The position numbers and the translations under genes are program-made. 58,257 bases of DNA from an uncultured Pseudomonadales bacterium (lineage in GTDB: Bacteria; Patescibacteriota; Microgenomatia; UBA1400; PJMF01): the NCBI GenBank assembly GCA_964653045.1, contig CAZZBW010000004.1, forward strand, positions 1 through 58,257, in the 5' to 3' direction. This document shows positions 27,402 to 34,987 of the stretch, in pieces. The notes beneath the pieces were generated by a model. That model was not told where the DNA came from, ran no database searches, and was given only the letters and a program-made list of their open reading frames with translations. Within the stretch, counting starts at the first letter, position 1, and every line of letters starts with the position of its first letter.

Positions 27402-29020
27402 TCGTTAATTTCCGTTTTTTCAAATACTCGGATGTAACCAATCTGTGGATAGTCTAGCAAATCGGTGGGTAGATAACCATGCTGGCTGAGCTGTTTGATC
27501 ACCAGCCTATCTGGATCAGTCAGATCTGTCATGTAATCAAAGTAAATTATTTTCGCGTCAGTATAATTATGTGTTGTTCTGGCAATCAGGAATTTAGCTA
27601 GATCTTCGTTGGCTGCGTTTTGGTTCATTAAGGCAAAATCGTTAATCATACTTAAGTTTGAGAACTGTTGGTCGTACCAGACCCAACTGGCAAAGGGTGC
27701 AGAAAAGACAAAAATCTTGGGTGTTCTGTCGGAGTATTTTTGATTGATTTCTTGCCAAAGCTCACGCCAATTTTCGCGTTGCAGAGTGGGCGTACGCCAG
27801 TAAGTGATCGTGCTGGACAGATTCAGATATAAAAGCAAGCACAGTAGCAAGACTGGAGTGAGATTTTTGCAGGAGAACTGTCGCTGCTGCCAAGCTGTTT
27901 TTGCTTGAATCAAGAGTGGTGACAAAATCATGGCAATGGATAGGTAAAATCCGGGAAGTATGAATAAGACGCGCTTGGGTTGAATGACGGGCACGAAAAA
28001 GGAGATCAACCAAGCTGAAAGAAATGGAATGAATAGCCAAAAGATAGTAATTTGGAATACGAACTGTTTGTTGACAGTAAAACGTGATGGAGAGCGAACA
28101 TTTTTCCACCAGAAATAAATCGTTAAGGAAAGTAGTAAACCGAGTATGATAGAAGTTAAGAAAAAGTAGGGCGTGAGCGCTAGATCGCTCACGCCAAAGA
28201 TAAACTTGGCCGGAGTTAGAAGTAACGCTTTGAGCTGCGGAGTGGAGACGACATTCTCCCAACCAGGTAATTCAGCTCTGAGTAACTGTCCAGCTTGGAG
28301 CTGGGCTAAGAATGATGGCAACCACGGCAGAAAACCTAGAATAATCACTAGGCAGAGTGCCAGCCAGCGGCTGGCACTCTGCCGCAGCCTTGCCCACTTA
28401 ACTTGGTTTTTCCATAACGGACTGAATAGATGAAACCCGATATACCCTAGTTGTCCAAGCAGCACAAATGGGTAGAGATACGAGGTGTACAGCCCAAGAA
28501 TTGAGATTAACGCCCAACTTAAACCTATTTTCCACCAATTCGTGTTAAATTTGTTTTCAAACAATCGTTGTTTCTTTGTCAGTAGCAAAAACCAGCTGAG
28601 TACTGCCCAAAGCGTGGGCAGCGAGTAGGGGCGCAGCTCTTGGCTGAAATAAATATGGAATGAGCTGGTGGCTAGCAACAAGGCGGCTATCCCACCTGTT
28701 AGTTTCCCAATATTTTCTTTTTGATTTAGCTTGATGCCTAATTGGTAAACGAGCAAAACGGTTAGCAATCCTGGTAGTACCGCTCCCCACCAGCGCAACC
28801 ACCACTCTGTTGTATCAACGCGAATGAAAATGGCGGTCAGTAAGTGTAGCAAGGGTGGCTGGAAATCTGGTGTTAACTCCAGCTGCTCTGACCAAGGTCT
28901 GGCGCTTTCGAGCGCCTGAGCAGCTTCATCCAGCCAGAATGAGCCATTGAGCAGTGGCAGGCGTAACATCAATGCCAAAACCACAATGCTAGTCAAGATA
29001 AATACAGAGTTCTTGATCAT
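27398..29020 (-). CDS. ArnT/PMT-like membrane glycosyltransferase (GT39/GT83-type, GT-C fold)
   Basis: 540 aa, polytopic. The first-loop motif GSFWLDEAAQALES is a DE motif typical of GT39/ArnT-like enzymes. The C-terminal domain is soluble. Confidence 0.75.
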   Translation of the reverse strand: MIKNSVFILTSIVVLALMLRLPLLNGSFWLDEAAQALESARPWSEQLELTPDFQPPLLHLLTAIFIRVDTTEWWLRWWGAVLPGLLTVLLVYQLGIKLNQKENIGKLTGGIAALLLATSSFHIYFSQELRPYSLPTLWAVLSWFLLLTKKQRLFENKFNTNWWKIGLSWALISILGLYTSYLYPFVLLGQLGYIGFHLFSPLWKNQVKWARLRQSASRWLALCLVIILGFLPWLPSFLAQLQAGQLLRAELPGWENVVSTPQLKALLLTPAKFIFGVSDLALTPYFFLTSIILGLLLSLTIYFWWKNVRSPSRFTVNKQFVFQITIFWLFIPFLSAWLISFFVPVIQPKRVLFILPGFYLSIAMILSPLLIQAKTAWQQRQFSCKNLTPVLLLCLLLYLNLSSTITYWRTPTLQRENWRELWQEINQKYSDRTPKIFVFSAPFASWVWYDQQFSNLSMINDFALMNQNAANEDLAKFLIARTTHNYTDAKIIYFDYMTDLTDPDRLVIKQLSQHGYLPTDLLDYPQIGYIRVFEKTEINE

Positions 29021-29070
29021 TGGTCGTTAAGTAGTATCTCACGGGTGGTGAGTTTGGTACAATCATCGTT

Positions 29071-30042
29071 ATGCAAAAACAGGTTTTGATTGCGGGAGTC
29101 GCTGGCTTAATTGGTTCACACTTGGCTGAAGCCTTACTGGCTCAGGATTACTATGTCGTTGGGGTGGATAATTTGATCACGGGTAAGAAGAAGAATCTTA
29201 GTACTTTTATCACCAACCCCAGCTTTCGCTTGGTTGAGCTAGATATTACTCAAAGTTTGAGCACACTGGAGGAAAAGTTACCGGAATCATTTGAGCTGGT
29301 GTTTCACCTGGCTTCACCAGCCAGTCCGCCGTGGTATCAAAAATATCCTAGGGAAACATACCTGGTAAATTCAGTTGGTACTGATAATTTATTACTGTTG
29401 TTAATGGAAAATAATCGTAATGGTCGGTTTGTTTACGCCAGTACCAGTGAAGTATATGGCGATCCCCAAGAGCATCCGCAAAAAGAAAGCTACTGGGGTA
29501 ATGTTAATCCTAATGGCGCGCGCTCGTGTTATGACGAAAGCAAGCGCCTAGGTGAGACGATCTGTGGAGTGTTCGCGCGCCAACATGCCATCGATACCCG
29601 GATTGCCAGAATTTTCAATACTTACGGTCCCCGCCTGGATCCGGCCGATGGCCGGATCATTTCCAACTTCATCAACCAGGCTCTTCGCAGAGACAAGATG
29701 ACGATTTATGGCAGCGGTGAGCAAACTCGCTCCTACTGTTATGTGGCTGACTTAGTCGCTGGATTGATCAAATTGGCCACCGAGCCTGCTGCCAAGAATC
29801 AAACCGTCAACCTTGGTAATCCTGAAGAAATGACAGTTGTGGAGACGGCGCGGTTGGTCTACCGCGCCGTCCATCAATCTTCCGCCGATCCCGAAATTGA
29901 GTTTCTTCCTCTTCCCAGCGACGATCCTGTTCGTCGCCGCCCCGATATCTCTCTCGCCCACTCCCTCCTCGGTTGGCAGCCCACCACTCCTTTTTCCGAA
30001 GGTATCGCTAAAACCATTGAGTGGTTTCGCACTCAGGCTTAA
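29071..30042 (+). CDS. UDP-glucuronate decarboxylase (UDP-xylose synthase-type SDR)
   Basis: 323 aa. Rossmann motif IAGVAGLIGSHL, HLASPASP, catalytic YDESKRLGE (YxxxK), RIFNTYGPR and QTRSYCYVADLV are all typical of the UXS/ArnA-decarboxylase family. Confidence 0.88.
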   Translation: MQKQVLIAGVAGLIGSHLAEALLAQDYYVVGVDNLITGKKKNLSTFITNPSFRLVELDITQSLSTLEEKLPESFELVFHLASPASPPWYQKYPRETYLVNSVGTDNLLLLLMENNRNGRFVYASTSEVYGDPQEHPQKESYWGNVNPNGARSCYDESKRLGETICGVFARQHAIDTRIARIFNTYGPRLDPADGRIISNFINQALRRDKMTIYGSGEQTRSYCYVADLVAGLIKLATEPAAKNQTVNLGNPEEMTVVETARLVYRAVHQSSADPEIEFLPLPSDDPVRRRPDISLAHSLLGWQPTTPFSEGIAKTIEWFRTQA

Positions 30043-30055
30043 TTTTATTGACCGA

Positions 30056-31120
30056 CTACCTGCGATTAAGTGAAGTGGGATGTGCCCGATTTGAGGCTGG
30101 TTTTCTCTGGTTACCATTCCTTCCTTGCTTTCCATTTCCATTTGTAGGTTTAGGTTGGGATGCAAAGATTACTTTTGGTTGGATATTGCTTGTTCGATCA
30201 CTTTGAGGTTTGGAGCTCAGCGTTGGCCCAGTGTCCAGCATTCTTTCACCAGTTAATTTTTCAATCAGTAACGCTATGCATCCGTCAACATTTAAAAATT
30301 TGTAATCGCGCCACAGGACTCCGTTTGCACATAAGCTAATACATTTTTGGATTAGCGTAGGATGCAATATCTGTAAAAATTGTTCGGCCGCAATACTCCC
30401 AGATCGCAGATAAATTAATTGAAACAATTGAGCCACAAAAGGTACAAATACACCCGCTTCGGTTACTGCCCCAGCTCCACCGTTAAGAAAAACGAAGCAT
30501 TCACTGACAATAATTCGAACAACATTTTCTGTACTCACCTGTCGCTTATCAGCTAATTTTTTTAAATACAATTCTAGGAATTTAGGATTTGATTTAATTT
30601 GGACCTGAATAGTATTAGAACGTAGTAATTGCGCAATTTCAGAACTTACTCGAATTGTTAAATCAGTACCATTCTTATCTGCCTCAGAATTGTGAGCTTG
30701 TGGATCTAGAGCGACAATCCAAGGAAGTAAATTGGGATTAAATAAAATTTCAGCAACAGCTTGTTCAGAATCAGGACCACGTTTTTCACCACAATCGGTG
30801 GTAGGTGGAATCTGAGCGTCTTGGTGTTCTATGTACTTTTTGAGAGCGTTCAGAAGTGAGTGCGCCAGACACTTATATGCATCATCACTATCGTTTTCAA
30901 GATTTTGCCAGCACTCTTCAATTTTTTCAGGGTGCTGGACACTGACTGGACCAATACCGTTTTTGGAGGTAATAATCCGACCCCCATTTTCATTCCCTGC
31001 GCAAATTATTCCATCTTTACGACAACAATAACAATAGGTTGTCATTTCTTCTATTGTTCTTGGAGAACTTAACAATAGTTCCTGTCTAGGGCAAGCCGTT
31101 AATACAAACGATCTGCTCAT
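30056..31120 (-). CDS. Hypothetical protein with a possible PD-(D/E)xK (DUF4365-like) nuclease core, an N-terminal Cys cluster and a basic tail
   Basis: 354 aa. The segment EQAVAEILF...SEADKNGTDLTIRV...TIQVQIKSN resembles the E...DxGxDxxI...QxK arrangement of restriction-endonuclease-fold DUF4365 proteins. The N-terminus has CYCCRKDGIICAG and the C-terminus is Lys/Arg/Asn/Gly-rich. The function call is tentative. Confidence 0.35.
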   Translation of the reverse strand: MSRSFVLTACPRQELLLSSPRTIEEMTTYCYCCRKDGIICAGNENGGRIITSKNGIGPVSVQHPEKIEECWQNLENDSDDAYKCLAHSLLNALKKYIEHQDAQIPPTTDCGEKRGPDSEQAVAEILFNPNLLPWIVALDPQAHNSEADKNGTDLTIRVSSEIAQLLRSNTIQVQIKSNPKFLELYLKKLADKRQVSTENVVRIIVSECFVFLNGGAGAVTEAGVFVPFVAQLFQLIYLRSGSIAAEQFLQILHPTLIQKCISLCANGVLWRDYKFLNVDGCIALLIEKLTGERMLDTGPTLSSKPQSDRTSNIQPKVIFASQPKPTNGNGKQGRNGNQRKPASNRAHPTSLNRR

Positions 31121-31214
31121 CTTGCGTTAAACAGTGGGCAGTTGTCAATTAGTAATTTTGATATACTGAGTTTAGTCAGTAATATTTATAATTTAAATTA
31201 GCAGGAGTGTCAGT

Positions 31215-32297
31215 ATGTCAGATCAAGTAACCCCAATTATCCAAGCTGACCCAAATGAGTTAGAGGCAACTCCCGATCAACCCAGAGATTTGGGTGAGTC
31301 GACTCCCCCACTGCCTGAGCCCGATCCAGAAATCGCAGTGACCGAAGCGCGCGATCGTGTAGTTCGTAACTTCGAATTGGCGCAAGATTTACGCTCAAAA
31401 GTAGTGAGTTTGGGTCTAATTGATGGTAACGCGGCTGATGAGTATCAGCTGCCTGAAGTTGCGGAAAAATCTCAGCCCAAAGCCCGTGAGGTTGTCGAAA
31501 AGTGGGAGGAGGTCAAGCAGAAACTGGATTCTGCAGATGAGACCGATCAAGAGCGTAAGCAGCTTGAACAACAGCAAGCCGATCTAGCCATGGAGTTTGC
31601 ATACAACACTACTGGGCTTTTGTATTTTTGTTATCAAACGAAATTAAACGAAAAAATTGATGCCATCCGAGACAGTTTTGCTGATCCGGCGCAAAGTGCG
31701 GCTCAGACAATTGAGCTTGCTACACAAGCCGGAAAAGACATCGCCGCAATGGGTGGTTTGAGCACAACGCTCGAAGCTTTTTATAAAAATGTCAGTCGAG
31801 TGGTGCCAGACATGATTAAGTCCTTTCCTGAGCTCAGCTCACGAGCTTACAACCTCAATCAAGCTGTCCGGATTGAGATTGGCATGAGTCGAGAAAATGC
31901 GCCCAATCTTAATGCCGCTCAAGATGCAGATCTGGGTAACTTACTAAATATCTTGTCATCCCGAGTCAAATTGGAGCGACTTGATGATATTAAGCAAAAA
32001 ATTGAACAATTCATTGCTTCACTACAAAATCAAGTTCCAATCCAACCAGTTACGCCTACACCGGCTGCTGAAAGTTCACCAACGCTAAATGAATTCAGTG
32101 GAGCAACTGATGCGGCTGTGGCAACCATGGCACAGCCGCCCACCCTCGAAAGTATGTTAGAAAATTTAGACGTACCTGGAGGCAGCGCAAACCCTCCAGA
32201 AGAACCTTCTCAACCCCCGAGCTTAGACAAGCTATTAGCAGATGTTAATCTCGACTCTGTTCCACAATCACCCGAGCCTGCTACTCAAACAGAGTAG
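31215..32297 (+). CDS. Hypothetical acidic protein with Pro-rich termini and a helical core
   Basis: 360 aa. ATG preceded by AGGAG 8 nt upstream. An extended -10-like TGATATACT is at 31159-31167. No motif recognised. Confidence 0.65.
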   Translation: MSDQVTPIIQADPNELEATPDQPRDLGESTPPLPEPDPEIAVTEARDRVVRNFELAQDLRSKVVSLGLIDGNAADEYQLPEVAEKSQPKAREVVEKWEEVKQKLDSADETDQERKQLEQQQADLAMEFAYNTTGLLYFCYQTKLNEKIDAIRDSFADPAQSAAQTIELATQAGKDIAAMGGLSTTLEAFYKNVSRVVPDMIKSFPELSSRAYNLNQAVRIEIGMSRENAPNLNAAQDADLGNLLNILSSRVKLERLDDIKQKIEQFIASLQNQVPIQPVTPTPAAESSPTLNEFSGATDAAVATMAQPPTLESMLENLDVPGGSANPPEEPSQPPSLDKLLADVNLDSVPQSPEPATQTE

Positions 32298-32364
32298 TTT
32301 GACCCCCTTTGTGGTTGATAATTTTCATTGTTATGAGATAATAATTTCATCGAAAGATTGAATT

Positions 32365-33126
32365 ATGTCTGGATACCTTAACCGCCGCTTAACTGAAGTG
32401 TTTGGTGATTTAGCAGAAATAGCTTATGGTGAATCTCCTAAAATGATTGCGAACTATTCTGGTTTCAGGAAACTTCTCAGAAGGCATGAGATTCGTTCAG
32501 AAAGCGGAGAGCCTGATTTGGATGATCTAATCGAGCAACTTTCTAATCAACTCGGTACTTTAATTGCGGTTGTTAATCAGATATTAGAGAATAAAGCTGA
32601 ACGTCCCCATCAGCATTCAGATATACCTTTGTCTCAAGAATTATTAGATAAATATTCGCATATTTTAATAATTTACTCGAATTTTGTATCTGAAGACAAT
32701 GCACATAGTGCTCATGGTTTACTACGGCAAAGAAATCCCAAAATATTGAAGTTGGCTGAGCGTTACAATCTCTCAGAACTCAAAGACTTGTTGCTTTTAG
32801 CTGAGGAGTACTCTAATGTTCTTGTTTATTTATGGGGGATTTTTTTGGCTGGCATGAATTCAGAACAGAGCCCCCAAGTTCAAGGCACTGATGAATTCAA
32901 CTATCAGCTATTTTTCGAGCTGTTTTGTGAAGGAGTTTTTTCAGAGCTTAAGTTTAAATGGCAAGAATGTGAAGGACTAACGAACCAGGCTAAGCTGGTA
33001 TCTGAGCATTGGAAAAGTATTATCTTAGCTGAGCTTTATGCTGTTGATTCATTAGAAGGCGTTGATCGCTTGCAACGCGTGGTAGAAGAAGTGTTTCTTC
33101 AAGATAATGTTGTTCGAAAAAAATAA
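32365..33126 (+). CDS. Hypothetical protein (predicted all-helical)
   Basis: 253 aa. ATG start with a promoter-like TTGATA-N16-GATAAT upstream (about 32309-32336). No motif recognised. Confidence 0.6.
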   Translation: MSGYLNRRLTEVFGDLAEIAYGESPKMIANYSGFRKLLRRHEIRSESGEPDLDDLIEQLSNQLGTLIAVVNQILENKAERPHQHSDIPLSQELLDKYSHILIIYSNFVSEDNAHSAHGLLRQRNPKILKLAERYNLSELKDLLLLAEEYSNVLVYLWGIFLAGMNSEQSPQVQGTDEFNYQLFFELFCEGVFSELKFKWQECEGLTNQAKLVSEHWKSIILAELYAVDSLEGVDRLQRVVEEVFLQDNVVRKK

Positions 33127-33273
33127 GGTTTCAGTTTAGATCGAGATGTGGTTCTTAATGTCTATAACGCAATTTGTGATTACCAACTGCCAGTCAAAAT
33201 TGGGTTCAAACCATTGTCTAGTGACTAATATCGAAGTAACAAAAATGATAGTATTTTCTGAATAGATAGAGAT

Positions 33274-34338
33274 ATGTCAGCTAAACCTGAGACAGGTGGT
33301 AGAGCAGCTAGCGAAGGTTTGACAACACTGGAGGCTGAACTATTAGTTAACTGTGGTTCTCCCGATAAATTCGATGGTAGGCTACGTCGACATTTGGCTA
33401 AAATTTTTCGAGATAGTGGAGTTGAGCGGCGAAAGGCAAATACTTTTATCGAATTTTCTCGAAGATACTTCCACATCCAAAAGCTTCGAGTGTTTTTGTA
33501 TAGTCTTTCTCATAATGATTTAGGACAGTTGATTGCTCTGGTGAATAAGTTTCTTCCAGATCAAGAATCAATCCTAGAAAGCATCTTCTATTTACTGTTT
33601 GCTTATAATTTTATCAATGGCATGACACATGACACTGAGAAACGCTTCGCTCAGATTTTTATTGATGTAAAAAATAATAGCTTGATTGCCCAGTTTTTGC
33701 ACTGGTTTCAAACAGCTTTAGCTAATCCACCGGCCAACGCCAGCCCATATCTTGCCTGGTATAGATTCATGGCTTCTGAACTGCCTTTGTTACCAGGGCA
33801 GTTTGGCTTGTCGGCCGCAGCTCAACCCCCGCCCCATCGCTCTGAACGAAGATTGAGTATAAATCTCAAACATCTGTATGTTTCTCCCGATTCTAAAGGT
33901 TTGTGTCACAAATCTGAACGCTGGTATGAAACCTCCGCAGGATACAGTCAAGATCATCGCTTGGTCTTGACCGCCCACCATGATGAAAAACTACTGCCAG
34001 TGGCTTTTGTCAAAACCTACGAAATGCCGTCGATTTTAATTCTTGAAGATCTGGTCGCTTCGACTAGTGTGTTTTTGCCCCAAGGTCTACTGTTGACTTG
34101 CTCATGCAAAAGAGATGTTCAAGAAAGAGTGACTGACCGGATTGCCAAATTTACAGGTTCAGCTTGGGAAGTTAATACCGGTAAATCACAACAGTATCTA
34201 ATTGAGTTTGAATGGTTTCCTGCCCGAGGGATACAACTGACTGGGTTCGATGGTAGCGGCGAGTATGTCAAACCCAGCTTTAATCAGTTAAAAGCCTTGG
34301 CGGCTCGGTTTAAGGTGGCTCTGGCTACTGAAACTTAA
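33274..34338 (+). CDS. Hypothetical protein
   Basis: 354 aa. ATG start, a helical N-half and a beta-rich C-half. The 3' end overlaps the convergent gene 34325..34933 by 14 nt. No motif recognised. Confidence 0.6.
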   Translation: MSAKPETGGRAASEGLTTLEAELLVNCGSPDKFDGRLRRHLAKIFRDSGVERRKANTFIEFSRRYFHIQKLRVFLYSLSHNDLGQLIALVNKFLPDQESILESIFYLLFAYNFINGMTHDTEKRFAQIFIDVKNNSLIAQFLHWFQTALANPPANASPYLAWYRFMASELPLLPGQFGLSAAAQPPPHRSERRLSINLKHLYVSPDSKGLCHKSERWYETSAGYSQDHRLVLTAHHDEKLLPVAFVKTYEMPSILILEDLVASTSVFLPQGLLLTCSCKRDVQERVTDRIAKFTGSAWEVNTGKSQQYLIEFEWFPARGIQLTGFDGSGEYVKPSFNQLKALAARFKVALATET

Positions 34339-34933
34339 TCAAATAACATGGCTGGTGTTCTACCACACGCTTTTTAATCTGTCCCAACGCAACTAAACTG
34401 CAGAACTCTTCAATGGTGACTTGTAACTGTCTGGCTGCGGTTAAAATCGTATCTAAGCTATATTGATGGCGTGAGGCAATCCTTTTCAGCTCCGCTTGTT
34501 GGTGGTCATTTAGCTCATTCCATCTGACTTTTTCTCCAGTAATCAACGCGTAGGCGCGTATGACGAGATCGACATCATCAAGGTTTTCTGCAATTTTGAC
34601 ATGATGAGCAGCTCCTCTTGGTTGTAAGCTGAGGGAATACTTGACCTCGCCGATGAGTACGTCTAGTTGCGCTAAACCATAATCAATATCTGTAATCTCA
34701 TCAAGGCTCAATCCAGCCGGATTGAGCCGACATATTCTCCACGCGGCCAGCCACTTCTTCAATTCATCAGGATCTTTTACCACTTGTTCAAGTACTCTTT
34801 TCCCCAAACCAAACTGTAATTCATGAGTCTCGTCGCTGAACTGAAGTGGCTCATCTTGATCAACGGGTGGTTCAGTAAGTTGATTTCTTGCTTCAATACC
34901 TCTGCTTGGGTTCATAGGTTGGTATTTTATCAT
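34325..34933 (-). CDS. Hypothetical protein with a C-terminal excisionase/MerR-like helix-turn-helix
   Basis: 202 aa. The C-terminal YSLDTILTAARQLQVTIEEFCSLVALGQIKKRVV looks like an HTH_17-type DNA-binding motif. Divergent from the NYN gene across a 54-bp spacer. Confidence 0.5.
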   Translation of the reverse strand: MIKYQPMNPSRGIEARNQLTEPPVDQDEPLQFSDETHELQFGLGKRVLEQVVKDPDELKKWLAAWRICRLNPAGLSLDEITDIDYGLAQLDVLIGEVKYSLSLQPRGAAHHVKIAENLDDVDLVIRAYALITGEKVRWNELNDHQQAELKRIASRHQYSLDTILTAARQLQVTIEEFCSLVALGQIKKRVVEHQPCYLIKFQ

Positions 34934-34987
34934 TTAATCGATCAATGCTAGTCTCGCTACAGCTAAAGTAAAGAATCATCCGCTACC

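Noticed and set aside
27762-28262. 166-aa same-strand alternative-frame ORF within the ArnT-like gene. Also 25870-26160, 26453-26689, 28557-28805 and 20364-20654 within GT genes.
   Set aside because: They are embedded out of frame in well-supported membrane or GT coding sequences. The composition is atypical (His/Ser/Cys/Arg-rich). There is no independent start context.
29752-30165. 137-aa minus-strand ORF overlapping the 3' end of the UXS gene, plus the plus-strand ORFs 29837-30073 and 30021-30206.
   Set aside because: They are antisense or overlapping to the high-confidence UXS gene and to the 354-aa gene. The region is relatively GC-rich, which inflates spurious ORF length.
33225-33476. 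83-aa minus-strand ORF overlapping the start of 33274-34338.
   Set aside because: It overlaps a longer, better-formed plus-strand ORF with an ATG start. Its translation is Ser/Leu/Arg-rich and looks like a shadow ORF.
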